From the NCBI GenBank assembly GCA_947482825.1, contig CANKMT010000011.1, positions 5,050-69,049 of the forward strand: a DNA stretch of 64,000 bases, in the 5' to 3' direction. Positions 53,237 through 63,977 of this stretch are shown here, in pieces. Every line of letters begins with the position of its first letter. Position 1 is the stretch's first letter. The translations under genes and the position numbers were made by a program. The notes under the pieces were generated by a model. The model was given only the letters and a program-made list of their open reading frames with translations, ran no database searches and was not told the DNA's origin. Source of the DNA: Betaproteobacteria bacterium (GTDB taxonomy: Bacteria; Pseudomonadota; Gammaproteobacteria; Burkholderiales; SG8-39).

Positions 53237-53989
53237 CTATTCGTCCGGAAGGTTCCGGCGCTTCAAAAGGGCTTTAAGCAAGCCTCTGATAATATTAACT
53301 TCTTCGCGCTCCACCCGGGCTCGGCCGAAGAGCCGTCGCACACGATCCCGGAGCCTCCCGGGGTTGGCTGGATCGAGAAATTCGCAGTCCAGCGCCGCTG
53401 CCTCGAGGTGGCCGTACAACCCTTCGAGGTCAGCGACCGTCGCCGCCGGCTCCGTGCGCGCATCAGTCATCGCACCGGAAGTCGCTGCCATGCGAAGTTC
53501 GTAAGCGACGACCTGGACCGCCTGCGCAAGGTTGATCGAGCTCCATGCCGGGTCGGTCGGAATGCGCACGTGCTGCTGGCATGCGAGCAACTCTTCATTG
53601 GTCAGACCCGAGGCCTCGTTGCCGAAAACAAAAGCGATCGGCCCGTCAAGGGCCCGTGCCGTTGCGGCCAAGGCGGCCTCCCGGACCGCCACAGTCTGCG
53701 GCCCCCACTCGCGCAGCCGGGCCGAGAGGGCATAGGCCGCTATGCAATCGCCGATCGCTTCGGGCAGCGAATCGCAGACACGGGCGCTCGCGAGCACGTC
53801 ATCGGCGCCGCTCGCGAGCGCCGTCGCCTCCGGGTCGGGGAACCTTTTCGGGTTCACCAGCGTAAGCGCCGTGATCCCCATGTTCTTCATTGCGCGCGCC
53901 GCCGATCCGATGTTGCCGGGATGGCTGGTGCGGACGAGGACTATGCGGAGTCTGTCCAACGGGCTTGCGTGCATTGAATTCCAGGGCAA
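53237..53989 (-). CDS. trmJ: tRNA (cytidine/uridine-2'-O)-methyltransferase TrmJ (SpoU/TrmH family)
   Basis: [25 protein letters not shown] and C-terminal SPOUT knot motifs ([22 protein letters not shown]-like). Confidence 0.85.
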   Translation of the reverse strand: MPWNSMHASPLDRLRIVLVRTSHPGNIGSAARAMKNMGITALTLVNPKRFPDPEATALASGADDVLASARVCDSLPEAIGDCIAAYALSARLREWGPQTVAVREAALAATARALDGPIAFVFGNEASGLTNEELLACQQHVRIPTDPAWSSINLAQAVQVVAYELRMAATSGAMTDARTEPAATVADLEGLYGHLEAAALDCEFLDPANPGRLRDRVRRLFGRARVEREEVNIIRGLLKALLKRRNLPDE

Positions 53990-54055
53990 TGGGAGCGGCG
54001 CGGGAGAAGGCGGAGCTTAGAATACGCCTCCGATCCCGTCTCCCAAGAAAATCCA

Positions 54056-54832
54056 ATGCACCCGATGTTGAACACCGCCATCAAGGCGGCCCGGCGCGCC
54101 GGCGCGATCATCAACCGAGCGACGCTCGACGGCGGATTCGAGGTGCACACCAAGCGCGCCAACGATTTCGTGACCGAAGTCGACAGGGCGGCCGAAGCGG
54201 CCATCATCGGCATCGTGCGCCAGGCGTATCCGGACCACGCGATCCTCACGGAGGAGTCCGGCGAGAATTCCGGCGGCGCCAAGAACGAGTACACGTGGGT
54301 CATCGACCCGCTCGACGGCACCACCAACTTCATCCACGGCTTTCCGCAGTTTTGCGTGTCGATCGGAGTTCGGTTCCGTGGCCAGATCGCGCACGCCGTG
54401 GTGTACGACCCGGTCAAGAACGAACTCTTCACCGGCTCGAAGGGACGCGGCGCCTTCCTCAACGACCGGCGCATCCGGGTGACAAAATGCGCGCAATTGC
54501 GCGACGGCCTCATCGGCACGGGGTTCCCTTTCAAGGAGATGACCCGCATCGACCCCTACATGAAGCAGATGCGCAAGATGATGGAGTCCTGCGCGGGCGT
54601 CAGGCGCGCCGGCGCCGCCGCGCTCGACCTGTCCTACGTGGCCTGCGGCCGCCTCGACGGTTTCTGGGAGATGGGCCTGTCCAGGTGGGACATGGCGGCC
54701 GGATCGCTGTTGATCAAGGAAGCCGGCGGCCTCGTCGGCGGGCTCACCGGCGAGGCCGACTGGTATGAAACCGGCGACATCGTCGCGGCAACGCCCAGGG
54801 TCTTTCCGCAATTGCTCGCGGCCATCAAGTAG
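54056..54832 (+). CDS. suhB: Inositol monophosphatase family protein SuhB
   Basis: [16 protein letters not shown]..., [22 protein letters not shown] motifs. Confidence 0.92.
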   Translation: MHPMLNTAIKAARRAGAIINRATLDGGFEVHTKRANDFVTEVDRAAEAAIIGIVRQAYPDHAILTEESGENSGGAKNEYTWVIDPLDGTTNFIHGFPQFCVSIGVRFRGQIAHAVVYDPVKNELFTGSKGRGAFLNDRRIRVTKCAQLRDGLIGTGFPFKEMTRIDPYMKQMRKMMESCAGVRRAGAAALDLSYVACGRLDGFWEMGLSRWDMAAGSLLIKEAGGLVGGLTGEADWYETGDIVAATPRVFPQLLAAIK

Positions 54833-54853
54833 GCAGAAGAACCTCCCTTCGCG

Positions 54854-55540
54854 ATGCGCGCTCCCGCCCTCGTCGTTCTCGACATGGCCGGCACGACCAT
54901 CGAGGACGCCGGGCAGGTGCCTGCGGCATTCACCGGGGTGCTGCGCAGCCACGGCATCGAGATTACCGAAGAGCAGGTCAATGCCCTGCGCGGCGCATCG
55001 AAGCGCGATGCGATCAGGCACTTCGTCGCGCAGCAGGGCGGAGTCGATATCGAAGCCCGCACCGAAACGATCTTCGGCGATTTCTGCAGCCACCTTTCGC
55101 AGGTGTTTCGCGCCGGCGGAATTCGGCCGATCGCGGGCGCGGAGGCTGCTTTCGCATGGCTGCGGGACAGGAAGATCAAAGTGGCGCTCAACACCGGCTT
55201 CGACCGGACGATCACCGACCTCATCACGGAAGCTCTGGGGTGGCGCAGCGCGGTCGATGCAATCGTCTGCGGCGACGACGTGCCCAACGGACGACCGGCG
55301 CCGGACCTGATCTTCAGGGCGATGGAACGGACCGGGGTCGCACAGGCAAGCCGCGTGATGGCCGTGGGCGATACGGTCCTCGACCTGCGCGCAGGCCGCA
55401 ATGCCGGTGCCGGGTGGGCGGTCGGCGTCCTTTCGGGCGCCCACGGCCGGGCGCAGCTGGAGGCAGAACCGCATGACGCCCTGATCGCGAGCGTGGCGGA
55501 TCTTCCGGCGCTTGTCGGCGCCCGAACCGGACAGCTATAG
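54854..55540 (+). CDS. HAD-superfamily hydrolase (phosphonatase-like subfamily)
   Basis: Motif I VVLDMAGTT, motif II and C-terminal VGDTVLDLRAG. Confidence 0.75.
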   Translation: MRAPALVVLDMAGTTIEDAGQVPAAFTGVLRSHGIEITEEQVNALRGASKRDAIRHFVAQQGGVDIEARTETIFGDFCSHLSQVFRAGGIRPIAGAEAAFAWLRDRKIKVALNTGFDRTITDLITEALGWRSAVDAIVCGDDVPNGRPAPDLIFRAMERTGVAQASRVMAVGDTVLDLRAGRNAGAGWAVGVLSGAHGRAQLEAEPHDALIASVADLPALVGARTGQL

Positions 55541-55549
55541 AATCACGCC

Positions 55550-56467
55550 ATGGCCGACGAACTCGACTTTTCGAAACCCGGCGCCGCCAAGCCCGCCCCC
55601 GAGGCGGTACGCAATACGGTGCAGGGCACGGCGCAAAGCGCGGTCTACAGCCCTGCGCTGGCGCTCGAATTCTTCCGCGCCACCGGGACCGTGGAGATCA
55701 AGCCCGCGGGCAAGCCGATCTTCGTCGAGAACGAAAAGTCCACCGGCTTCTTCGCCAAGGGCGCGCGCATGTACCTGCTGCTCGACGGCGAAGTCGGCCT
55801 GATGATCAAGAACAAGTTCTTCGGCGTGGTGAAGGCCGGCGAGATCTTCGGCGAGCTGGCCGTGATCGCCGGGCTCGCGCGCAGCGCGACCGCCATGGCA
55901 AAGGCGGACTGCAAGGTCCTGTCGCTCGATGAAAAGCAGTTCCACGCCGCGCTGCAGAAGACGCCGGATTTCGCCCTCATGCTCATGAGCAGCATGGGCC
56001 AGCGGCTGCGGCAGAGCATCGCCAAGCTCGCCGCTGCGCCTTCGGCGTCGGCCTCGCCGCCGGTGGATCGCAGCAATGCGATCGACAGGAAGATGCTCGC
56101 CGAACTGGTCCGCGCACTCGGCGGCCAGCCGCCGATTCCCTACGGGCTGGGCAAGGTCATCGTGGCCGAGGGCGCCGTGGGCGCGTCGATGTACGTGGTC
56201 TTGGACGGACATGCGGCGATTTCGATCGGCGGCCGCGTCGTCGAGCGCGTCGGCCCCGGCGGGATCTTCGGCGAGATGGCGCTGGTCGATCGGACCGCGC
56301 GCGCAGCCACGGCGATGGCCGAATCCGACTGCTCGATGATCCTCATCGCCCGCAACGATTTCATTTCCCTCATCAAGGCCAAGCCGGCTTTCGGCGCCCT
56401 GCTGCTGAAGGCGCTGGCGCAGCGCATGCAGTACCTGGCGCAGCAGGTATCGCTGGCTGGCGTTTAG
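55550..56467 (+). CDS. Protein with two cyclic-nucleotide-binding (cNMP) domains and no recognisable output domain
   Basis: Two copies of the pattern G(E/G)IFGE(L/M)A(V/L)...R(S/A)ATA.A...C (FGELAVIAGLARSATAMA and FGEMALVDRTARAATAMA). Confidence 0.8.
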   Translation: MADELDFSKPGAAKPAPEAVRNTVQGTAQSAVYSPALALEFFRATGTVEIKPAGKPIFVENEKSTGFFAKGARMYLLLDGEVGLMIKNKFFGVVKAGEIFGELAVIAGLARSATAMAKADCKVLSLDEKQFHAALQKTPDFALMLMSSMGQRLRQSIAKLAAAPSASASPPVDRSNAIDRKMLAELVRALGGQPPIPYGLGKVIVAEGAVGASMYVVLDGHAAISIGGRVVERVGPGGIFGEMALVDRTARAATAMAESDCSMILIARNDFISLIKAKPAFGALLLKALAQRMQYLAQQVSLAGV

Positions 56468-56529
56468 CGCTCTTCCGAGCCGGTCCGGCGCCGGACTGAT
56501 TGCTTGCGGCTCAATGCATCAACCGCGGC

Positions 56530-56817
56530 TCAGGAAGAAACGACGATCTTGAAGCCGCCCCAGAACATGCGTTTGCCGTCGAACGGCATAGCCTTCGGGT
56601 CCATCATCGCGGCCAGGCGCTTGTCCTTCATGACCTTGGCCATGACGCTGTCGCGCTGCTTTCTCGACTTGTAGACCACCCAGGAAAAGAACACGACCTC
56701 GTCCTTCTTCAGTTTCACGCTCTGGGGGAACGAAGTCACCTTGCCCGGCTTGACGTCGTCCGCGATCGCTTCGCGATACTCCAGGGCGCCGTGGTCCCAG
56801 GGTAAATTTGCGCTCAA
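56530..56817 (-). pseudogene. DUF1428-family gene, 5'-truncated by IS insertion
   Basis: HGALEYREAIADDVKPGKVTSFPQSVKLKKDEVVFFSWVVYKSRKQRDSVMAKVMKDKRLAAMMDPKAMPFDGKRMFWGGFK is the C-terminal ~3/4 of DUF1428. The first 6 codons (TTG start) are encoded by the IS terminal repeat. Confidence 0.7.
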
Positions 56818-57536
56818 GGGCTAGGCGAGGTGGATGCTGCGTTTTGGGTCATGCGCAAGTAGTCGAAGACGAGGCGGGTACGAAAGCAGAGTTTGCGCAT
56901 CATCGCGGCGACGGATTGAGGCGGTTTTTGGAAGGATTTGAGGATACCCACTGCGAAGCGGCGAAGGCGGGTGATGTTTTCCGGGCCGAAGCCGGTACGG
57001 ATGCGGCCGCGGTCTTCGTCGTAGTTCCAGTCGATGAGGTAATGAACGATTTCGATGGCCCAGTGGCCGCGGTTGACGGTCAATAGCCGCTGCGGCGAGG
57101 CCTGCTCGGGAGTGCGACTGGTCACGCCCAGCGCAATCTCATGAGAGAGCTTGCCGGTTTTCTTGTCGATGGATTCACGCTCGATCAGAAACACTTGGCC
57201 GACGTGGGGAAAGTCGAGGTAATCATTGAGCGCGGTACTGCACCAAATGCGCCGCGTGTCGATGTGACCGTGATCGGGTGGGTCGATTTGGACGAAGTCG
57301 GCGGGACCGCGTTTGCCGAATTGCAACGCGATATCGCGTTGCAGACCCGGTTGGTTGGCCTTGGCGGTGAAGTGATAATGCGCCTGTCGTTCGACGATAT
57401 AGCTTGCCAGCGCACGCTGGGTCAGCAGCGCATCGCCCGTGACATCCTTGCCGGCGATGTCGCAGCCATCGAGCAAAGGGATCGCCATGCCGATTTCGTT
57501 GGTCTGCTTTTGTTCATCGCTGCCCTCTACTGGCAA
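56814..57536 (-). CDS. Transposase C-terminal part (DDE catalytic domain, ISAs1 family), in the -1 frame relative to the upstream part
   Basis: NEIGMAIPLLDG...VTGDALLTQRALASYIV..., HGHIDTRRIW, RGHWAIEIVHYLIDWNYDEDRGRIRTGFGPENITRLRRFAVGIL match ISAs1 C-terminal blocks. Confidence 0.75.
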   Translation of the reverse strand: MPVEGSDEQKQTNEIGMAIPLLDGCDIAGKDVTGDALLTQRALASYIVERQAHYHFTAKANQPGLQRDIALQFGKRGPADFVQIDPPDHGHIDTRRIWCSTALNDYLDFPHVGQVFLIERESIDKKTGKLSHEIALGVTSRTPEQASPQRLLTVNRGHWAIEIVHYLIDWNYDEDRGRIRTGFGPENITRLRRFAVGILKSFQKPPQSVAAMMRKLCFRTRLVFDYLRMTQNAASTSPSP

Positions 57537-58618
57537 TGTCCCGACTTTTTTTGGGAGTGACAGGTCTTCGAGTCATGTCCCACGACGCTCATGATGTGGG
57601 TTTGATGGCCTGCCTCGTCGGTGGCGTTTTTCATTGTCTTGCCATCGATCGCCAGAGCATCGTCTTTTACTCCCCAGGCATGATTCCAGGCATTGAGCGC
57701 CTGATCCAGCGCGCCTGGTTCGATGCGTATCAGGCAATCGCGAATGACGAATTCGCTCGGCACGACATAGTGCCCATTCTTGCGCCGGCAACCGAAGCGC
57801 TCGCGCGCTTTCTGACCCAAACTATCGGCCCAATCGGAGATGGCCTTGTAACCGTGCATGCCGCACAAGATAGCGCCTGCCGCGATGCCCAGCACCACGG
57901 GCAGGCGATGCAATCGCCCCTGGGGGCGGCGCGGATCGGCAATGAGCGTGAAACACAGCGGCAGAGCGCGCATTTGTTGGGCATTGAGCATGATCTTGGG
58001 GGCTCCTGTGAGTTGAAGGTGATCTCGGTCAGAGTGGGTCAATCGTGCGCGGGGATCGCGGCACAAGGGGCGAACAAAGACCCGCTTGGGAGCATCGACA
58101 TCGGCGCTATAGCCTTCGCGGGTACGTCGATACCCTTGGGTCAGCCCCAGTTCAATCCAGTTGGCTGCGCGATACACCCCGCCATGGAAGCGCCGGGGAT
58201 CGACAAAGGTCTCAAGCAGCAGCAACCGATGGCCGAAGCGTGTCTGCCAATCGGCCGCGACCCGGCGTTCAATCAGCGATAACACCCGCGAACCGACATT
58301 CGGTCGGTGCCAGTCGGGCAGGATCAAGAAACGGCTGTTGTTGGCGATCAGGTTGAGCCGACCATACTGGGAGCGGAAGTCCCAGCCAATCCACCGATCG
58401 CGAACCCCGCATTTGAGCGCCGCCGCCGAGATATTCAGTTGCGCCACCCACCGATCGCGCCAAGTCGCGACGTACCACACCGTCTCACCGATCTTGCGCA
58501 GCGCCCCCAGATAGTGGTGCTGCGCCATCTGCTCTTGATAGCGCCCTTCTTCGCTTCGCTCGACACAGCGTACTCGAAGCTCCCGGAGCGCTTTGATTGT
58601 GAATTCCGCCGATTCCAT
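57527..58618 (-). CDS. Transposase N-terminal part: DUF4338-like domain plus ISAs1-type DDE_Tnp_1_assoc region
   Basis: N-terminal HHYLG...RDRWIGW...NNSRFLILP (DUF4338-like, from memory), then LPVVLGIAAGAILCGMHGYKAISDWA...LAIDGKT, typical of ISAs1/H-repeat transposases. Confidence 0.7.
   Translation of the reverse strand: MESAEFTIKALRELRVRCVERSEEGRYQEQMAQHHYLGALRKIGETVWYVATWRDRWVAQLNISAAALKCGVRDRWIGWDFRSQYGRLNLIANNSRFLILPDWHRPNVGSRVLSLIERRVAADWQTRFGHRLLLLETFVDPRRFHGGVYRAANWIELGLTQGYRRTREGYSADVDAPKRVFVRPLCRDPRARLTHSDRDHLQLTGAPKIMLNAQQMRALPLCFTLIADPRRPQGRLHRLPVVLGIAAGAILCGMHGYKAISDWADSLGQKARERFGCRRKNGHYVVPSEFVIRDCLIRIEPGALDQALNAWNHAWGVKDDALAIDGKTMKNATDEAGHQTHIMSVVGHDSKTCHSQKKSGHCQ
57545..57551 (-). 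other. A_AAA_AAG slippery heptamer at the junction of the two transposase ORFs
   Basis: Zero-frame codons caA AAA AAG. A -1 shift reads ...CHSQKK-VGTLPVEGSDEQ..., joining the two ORFs into a ~600-aa protein. Confidence 0.5.
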
Positions 58619-58731
58619 TCGGTCGGTATACCGGGAATATTTGGGTTTGTCCAGACTACGGGGCTAACTCTCTGGTTTCGGTAACTATCGGTCCATGGGC
58701 AAATTCACCCTGCTTCAGCGTGGCTTCAGCG

Positions 58732-58760
58732 TTGTTCAGGGCGGCAAAATACGTTATAAT
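58732..58760 (+). promoter_or_regulatory. Candidate sigma70 promoter of rimP-nusA-infB-rbfA
   Basis: TTGTTC-N17-TATAAT read directly, about 120 nt upstream of rimP and 20 nt from the IS end. Confidence 0.4.
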
Positions 58761-58881
58761 TCCAATGATTTGAGCAGGCTGGTTGTGGGGTGGGATGTGC
58801 ATCAGGATATGGGCTTTTCGGCCCATTTTTTATTTGCGCGGCCCGAATGGCGATTTTCTTTGAAGCGGGCTGGTTTTGGCG

Positions 58882-59316
58882 ATGGGACCCTTGGCAAGCA
58901 GAGTGGAGCCGACCCTAGCGGGTCTGGGCTATGAGCTGGTGGACGCGCAGGCCGCAAACCATGGGCGGTTCCTGCGCATTTTCATCGACAAGGCGGGAGG
59001 CATAACGGTTGACGATTGCGCCGAAGTGAGCCGGCACCTGGCCCGCTTTTTCGTGGTCGAAGGCGTGGATTACGAAAGGCTCGAAGTGTCGTCCCCGGGT
59101 CTGGACCGGCCGCTTCGCAAGCCAGCGGATTTTGCCCGCTTTGCGGGGCAGAAGGCCGACGTGAGGATGTCACAGGCGCGCCCCGATGGCCGTAAGCGGT
59201 TCATCGGTGTGCTGCAAGGCGTTGAGGGGGCGGTTTTGTCGATGGAAGTGGATGGCGCCAGGGTTGCGCTTGAACTCGAAGGTGTGGAACGGGCGAAGCT
59301 CGTTCCGGACCTGTAA
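58882..59316 (+). CDS. rimP: Ribosome maturation factor RimP
   Basis: [14 protein letters not shown]...[21 protein letters not shown]...[15 protein letters not shown] 58882 preferred over TTG 58876. Confidence 0.9.
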   Translation: MGPLASRVEPTLAGLGYELVDAQAANHGRFLRIFIDKAGGITVDDCAEVSRHLARFFVVEGVDYERLEVSSPGLDRPLRKPADFARFAGQKADVRMSQARPDGRKRFIGVLQGVEGAVLSMEVDGARVALELEGVERAKLVPDL

Positions 59317-59336
59317 GCAAAGGTGGGAGTGGAAAG

Positions 59337-60845
59337 ATGAGCCGGGAAATTCTGCTGCTGGTTGACGCGCTGGCGCGAGAAAAGAACGTGAATCGGGACA
59401 CGGTGTTTGCCGCGCTCGAGATGGCGATCGCTTCGGCGACCAAGAAGCGCTTCACGCAGGACGTGGATGTGAGGGTGGCGATCGACCGGGACACGGGAGG
59501 CTATGAGGCGTTCCGCCGCTGGCATGTGGTGCCGGATGACACGCCCGAATACAACACGGCCCAAATGACTTCGCTCGAAGAAGCGCTCGAAAAAAGGCCG
59601 GATGCCAAGATGGACGAGTACATCGAGGAGCCGATCGAGAACATCCCGTTCGGCCGCATCGGCGCGCAGGCTGCCAAGCAAGTGATCCTGCAGCGGATCC
59701 GCGATGCCGAGCGCGAGCAGATCCTCAATGACTTCCTGTCGCGCGGGGACGAGTTGGTCACCGGCACCGTAAAGCGCATGGAGCGCGGCAGCGCAATCGT
59801 CGAGTCCGGCCGCCTGGAGGCAATGCTTCCGCGCGAACACATGGTTCCCAAGGAAAATCTGCGTATTGGCGATCGCGTTCGTGCCTGGGTCATGAAGATC
59901 GACCGTTCTGCCCGGGGGCCTCAGCTGATCCTGTCGCGAATTGCGCCCGAATTCATCATGAAACTCTTCGAGCTCGAAGTCCCGGAGATCGAGGAAGGGC
60001 TGCTCGAAATCAAGTCGGCCGCGCGCGACCCGGGCGTGCGCGCGAAGATCGCCGTGCACACGAACGACCGCAGGATCGACCCGATCGGCACCTGCGTTGG
60101 CATGCGCGGTTCGCGCGTGCAGGCCGTGACGCAGGAATTGGCGGGCGAGCGTGTGGACATCGTGCTCTGGTCGGCCGACCCGGCGCAGTTCGTGATCGGC
60201 GCGCTCGCGCCGGCCGAAGTGAGTTCGATCGTCGTGGACGAGGAAAAGCACAGCATGGACGTGGTCGTCGACGAGGAGAACCTGGCGATCGCGATTGGCC
60301 GCAGCGGCCAGAACGTGCGCCTTGCCTCCGAACTCACGGGCTGGACCCTCAACCTGATGACGCAGGAAGAGTCCGAAAAGAAGCAGCAGGCCGAGGGCCA
60401 AGGCATCAAGGACCTCTTCATGGCGAAGATCGACGTCGATGAGGAGGTGGCCGACATCCTGATCCAGGAAGGCTTCTCCACGCTGGAGGAGATCGCCTAC
60501 GTCCCGATCAACGAGATGCTCGAGATCGACGCGTTCGACGAGGACACCGTGAACGAACTGCGCAGCCGCGCGCGCAACGCGCTGCTCGTGCAGGCGATCG
60601 CGAGCGAGGAGAAAGTCGAAGGCGTGGACCAGAACCTGCTGAAGCTCGACGGGATGGACACCGCGCTCGCGGCGAAGCTCGCCGAGGGCGGCGTGAAGAC
60701 GCGGGAGGACCTCGCGGACCTTGCCGTGGACGAGCTGTCGGAACTCACGGGCATCGAGGAAGAGCGTGCCAAGAGCCTCATCATGGCGGCCCGCGCGCAC
60801 TGGTTTGCCGATGAACCTGCCGCAGTGCAAAAGGAGGCCTCATAA
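59337..60845 (+). CDS. nusA: Transcription termination/antitermination factor NusA
   Basis: [18 protein letters not shown]..., S1, KH1/KH2 and C-terminal AR domains. 502 aa. Confidence 0.95.
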   Translation: MSREILLLVDALAREKNVNRDTVFAALEMAIASATKKRFTQDVDVRVAIDRDTGGYEAFRRWHVVPDDTPEYNTAQMTSLEEALEKRPDAKMDEYIEEPIENIPFGRIGAQAAKQVILQRIRDAEREQILNDFLSRGDELVTGTVKRMERGSAIVESGRLEAMLPREHMVPKENLRIGDRVRAWVMKIDRSARGPQLILSRIAPEFIMKLFELEVPEIEEGLLEIKSAARDPGVRAKIAVHTNDRRIDPIGTCVGMRGSRVQAVTQELAGERVDIVLWSADPAQFVIGALAPAEVSSIVVDEEKHSMDVVVDEENLAIAIGRSGQNVRLASELTGWTLNLMTQEESEKKQQAEGQGIKDLFMAKIDVDEEVADILIQEGFSTLEEIAYVPINEMLEIDAFDEDTVNELRSRARNALLVQAIASEEKVEGVDQNLLKLDGMDTALAAKLAEGGVKTREDLADLAVDELSELTGIEEERAKSLIMAARAHWFADEPAAVQKEAS

Positions 60846-60847
60846 GC

Positions 60848-63583
60848 ATGGCCCAGAACAGCGTCGCCCAATTCGCGAGCGAGCTCAAGGTCCAGCCTGC
60901 CGTCCTGCTGGAGCAGCTCAAGGCCGCGGGCGTGGAAAAGGCGGTACCCGAAGACTCGCTCAGCGAGCAGGACAAGTCGCGCCTGCTCGAATACCTACGC
61001 CGCTCGCATGGCTCGCAGGAACCCAAGAACAAGATCACGCTGACGCGTAAGCAGACCAGCGAAATCAAGAAATCCGACGCAACGGGAAAAGCGAGGACCA
61101 TTCAGGTCGAAGTGCGCAAGCGCCGCGTATTCATCAAGCGCGACCCGAACGAGCCGCTGGAGGCGGAAGCGCCGGCGGTCGCGGCGCCGCCGGCAGAGCC
61201 CGTGGCCCCTGCTGCAGCCGTGGCGCCGCCTGCGCCAGTCGCTCCCGAAGTCCCAGTAGCGAAAGCGGCCGCTCCCGCAGTCGCACCGTTGCCGCCTGCG
61301 CCGCCTGTTGAGGCAGAGGCCAAGGCTTCCGCGCCGCCCCCCGTCCAAGCCGCCGCGCCAGCACCCGCGCCGATGCCGGTTTTCGGCCTGGACCCGAAGC
61401 AGATCGAGATTCGGAAGGAAGAAGCCAAGCGCCACAAAAAGCTTTCCGACATCCAGGAAGCCGAACTTCGCGACAAGCAGGAGCGCGAGCGCAGGGACTT
61501 GGAGCATAAGGTCGCCGAGCTTGAGGCTCAGGCTGCGCTTGAGAAGGCCAAGTCCGAGGCTGCCTTGAAACCTGCGGCCGGGCCGGGGACGGAAGGGACG
61601 CTGCACAAGCCCAAGTTGAGCGCCGCGGATGCCGCCAAGGCCGACAAGAAGCCGAAGAAGGTCAAGACGACGACCGTCCTCAAGGACGATTCGGCGCGCC
61701 GCAGGATGATCAAGACGCGTGGCGATGCGGGCGGCGGTGTGGCCGGCTGGCACGCGCGCGGCGGACGCCACAAGACAGGCCACGCCGAACCGGAAACGAC
61801 TGCATTCAGCGCGCCGGTCGAGCCAGTGGTACGCGAAGTGGCTGTGCCCGAGACGATCACGGTCGGCGAGCTTGCGCACAAGATGTCGGTGAAGGCGGCC
61901 GAGGTGATCAAGGCGCTCATGAAGCTGGGCTCGATGGTCACGATCAACCAGGTGCTCGACCAGGAAACGGCGATCATCCTCGTCCAGGAAATGGGCCACA
62001 AGGCGAAGGCGGCCAAGCTGGACGATCCCGAGGCCTATTTCGAGGAGAACGCGGATGCGGCTGTGGCAGAGCAGACGCAGCGCCCCCCGGTGGTAACCGT
62101 CATGGGTCACGTCGACCATGGCAAGACCTCGTTGCTGGACTACATCCGCCGCACCAAGGTGGCGGCCGGCGAGGCAGGCGGCATTACACAGCACATCGGT
62201 GCGTATCACGTCGAGACCGCGCGTGGTGTCGTCACATTCCTGGACACGCCGGGCCATGAAGCGTTTACCGCTATGCGCGCGCGTGGCGCGAAAGCCACGG
62301 ACATCGTGATCCTCGTGGTTGCGGCCGACGATGGCGTCATGCCGCAGACCATCGAGGCGATCAACCACGCCAAGGCGGCCGGCGTGCCCATCGTGGTCGC
62401 GCTCAACAAGATCGACAAACCTGAAGCGTCGCCTGAAAAGGTCAGGCAGGAGCTCGTGAGCCACGGCGTGATCCCGGAAGAGTACGGCGGCGAGTCGCCC
62501 TTCGTGCCGGTTTCGGCAAAGACAGGCCAGGGCATCGACGAGCTGCTGGAGCAGGTCCTCCTGCAAGCCGAAGTGCTTGAACTGAAGGCCCCGGTCAGTG
62601 CGTTGGCTCGTGGCGTCGTGATCGAGGCGCGTCTGGACAAGGGACGCGGGCCGGTGGCGACCTTGCTCGTCCAGTCGGGCACCCTCAAGCGAGGCGACGT
62701 CGTGCTTACGGGTTCGGTGTTCGGGCGCGTGCGCGCAATGCTCGACGAGGCGGGTCGCCCGGTGCAGACCGCGGGACCATCGATCCCGGTGGAGATCCAG
62801 GGGTTGTCGGACGTCCCCCAGGCGGGCGAGGAGATGGCGGTGCTCACCGACGAGCGCAAGGCGCGCGAAATCGCGTTGTTCCGCCAGGGCAAGTTCCGCG
62901 ACGTGAAACTTGCCAAGCAGCGCGCGGCCAAGCTCGACGGCATTTTCGAGAACATGGCCGATGGGGTGAAGAAGACCCTCGCGCTGGTCGTCAAGTCGGA
63001 TGTCCAGGGTTCGCAGGAAGCCCTGGTCCATGCGCTCTCGAGGCTTTCGAACGAGGAGGTGAAGGTGACCGTGGTCCACTCGGGCGTGGGTGGCATCACC
63101 GAATCGGACGTCAACCTCGCGATGGCTTCGCGGGCGGTGATCATCGGGTTCAACACCCGCGCAGACGTGACTGCCAGGAAGCTGATCGAGTCATCGGGGA
63201 TCGATGTTCGCTACTACAACATCATTTACGATGCGGTCGACGAGATCAAGGCCGCCCTGTCGGGGATGCTTTCGCCGGAGAGGAAGGAAAGCGTGCTCGG
63301 GATGGTCGAAGTGCGCCAGGTGTTCCGGATCTCCAAGGTCGGCACGGTCGCGGGCTGCTACGTGCTCGAAGGCCTCGTCCGGCGCAATGCGCAAGTGCGC
63401 GTGCTGCGGGACAACGTGGTCATCCACACCGGCGAAATCGATGCGCTCAAGCGGTTCAAGGATGACCAGCGCGAAGTAAAGGCCGGGTTCGAGTGCGGCA
63501 TCTCGCTGAAGAACTTCAACGACCTGAACGAAAAAGACCAGTTCGAAGTGTTCGAGGTGCAGGAGGTGGCGCGCACGCTTTGA
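60848..63583 (+). CDS. infB: Translation initiation factor IF-2
   Basis: [15 protein letters not shown]..., Ala/Pro-rich linker, G-domain [16 protein letters not shown] / DTPGHEAF / NKID. 911 aa. Confidence 0.95.
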   Translation: MAQNSVAQFASELKVQPAVLLEQLKAAGVEKAVPEDSLSEQDKSRLLEYLRRSHGSQEPKNKITLTRKQTSEIKKSDATGKARTIQVEVRKRRVFIKRDPNEPLEAEAPAVAAPPAEPVAPAAAVAPPAPVAPEVPVAKAAAPAVAPLPPAPPVEAEAKASAPPPVQAAAPAPAPMPVFGLDPKQIEIRKEEAKRHKKLSDIQEAELRDKQERERRDLEHKVAELEAQAALEKAKSEAALKPAAGPGTEGTLHKPKLSAADAAKADKKPKKVKTTTVLKDDSARRRMIKTRGDAGGGVAGWHARGGRHKTGHAEPETTAFSAPVEPVVREVAVPETITVGELAHKMSVKAAEVIKALMKLGSMVTINQVLDQETAIILVQEMGHKAKAAKLDDPEAYFEENADAAVAEQTQRPPVVTVMGHVDHGKTSLLDYIRRTKVAAGEAGGITQHIGAYHVETARGVVTFLDTPGHEAFTAMRARGAKATDIVILVVAADDGVMPQTIEAINHAKAAGVPIVVALNKIDKPEASPEKVRQELVSHGVIPEEYGGESPFVPVSAKTGQGIDELLEQVLLQAEVLELKAPVSALARGVVIEARLDKGRGPVATLLVQSGTLKRGDVVLTGSVFGRVRAMLDEAGRPVQTAGPSIPVEIQGLSDVPQAGEEMAVLTDERKAREIALFRQGKFRDVKLAKQRAAKLDGIFENMADGVKKTLALVVKSDVQGSQEALVHALSRLSNEEVKVTVVHSGVGGITESDVNLAMASRAVIIGFNTRADVTARKLIESSGIDVRYYNIIYDAVDEIKAALSGMLSPERKESVLGMVEVRQVFRISKVGTVAGCYVLEGLVRRNAQVRVLRDNVVIHTGEIDALKRFKDDQREVKAGFECGISLKNFNDLNEKDQFEVFEVQEVARTL

Positions 63584-63596
63584 GCGCGCCGGTTTC

Positions 63597-63977
63597 ATGG
63601 CCCGCCCCTCGGGACGTTCGCAGAAGGTCGGCGACCAGATCCAGCGCGAACTCTCGGAGATCATTCATCGGGAACTGCGCGATCCGCGGGTCGGGCTGAT
63701 CACCCTGACCGCCGTGGACGTGTCGCCGGACTGCGGCTACGCAACCGTCTATTTCACGTGCCTGGACAGGAACCACGTGCGCGCCGCGGAAGTCGGCTTG
63801 AAGCGCGCCACGGGCTTTCTGCGCACCCAGCTCGGCAAGCGCATCAAGATCTGGACCACGCCCGAGTTGAAGTTCTCTTACGATGAGTCGGTCGAGCGTG
63901 GCGATCGGCTGTCCCGGCTCATCGACAGTGCCAACAAAGACAACCCTGCCAAGCCTGCCGACGCCTCCGAAACCTGA
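63597..63977 (+). CDS. rbfA: 30S ribosome-binding factor RbfA
   Basis: RSQKVGDQIQRELSEIIHRELRDPRVGLITLTAVDVSPD...A.VYF. 126 aa. Confidence 0.92.
   Translation: MARPSGRSQKVGDQIQRELSEIIHRELRDPRVGLITLTAVDVSPDCGYATVYFTCLDRNHVRAAEVGLKRATGFLRTQLGKRIKIWTTPELKFSYDESVERGDRLSRLIDSANKDNPAKPADASET

Larger units (their letters stand above)
56798..58712 (-). mobile_element. ISAs1-like insertion sequence (1915 bp) with 16-bp imperfect terminal inverted repeats
   Basis: IRL CAGGGTAAATTTGCGC (56798-56813) against the reverse complement of IRR, CAGGGTGAATTTGCCC (58697-58712), 14/16 match. Encloses the split transposase. No flanking direct repeat seen. Confidence 0.75.

Noticed and set aside
56483-56496. GTCCGGCGCCGGAC palindrome between the convergent cNMP and DUF1428 genes as a terminator
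   Set aside because: The loop is too small for a stable hairpin as drawn, and there is no U-tract. Not reported as a feature.
57527-58618. DUF4338-like domain as evidence for a Druantia anti-phage system
   Set aside because: No DruB-E-like or large helicase genes are nearby. The domain is fused to an ISAs1-type transposase and bounded by terminal inverted repeats, so it is part of an IS, not a defence island.
61140-61420. Ala/Pro-rich repetitive segment inside infB
   Set aside because: Typical low-complexity linker of the proteobacterial IF-2 N-terminal region. Not a separate repeat element.
60995-63079. 694-aa minus-strand ORF, and similar long ORFs at 59070..60830, 54017..55474, 37055..38734, 31219..32466, 32214..33374, 44249..45487 and 19646..20623
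   Set aside because: All lie antisense to clearly identifiable genes (infB, nusA, suhB/HAD, ybbP-like, moeA, tal, selD, phoR) and have low-complexity Arg/Asp/His-rich translations. High-GC artefacts.
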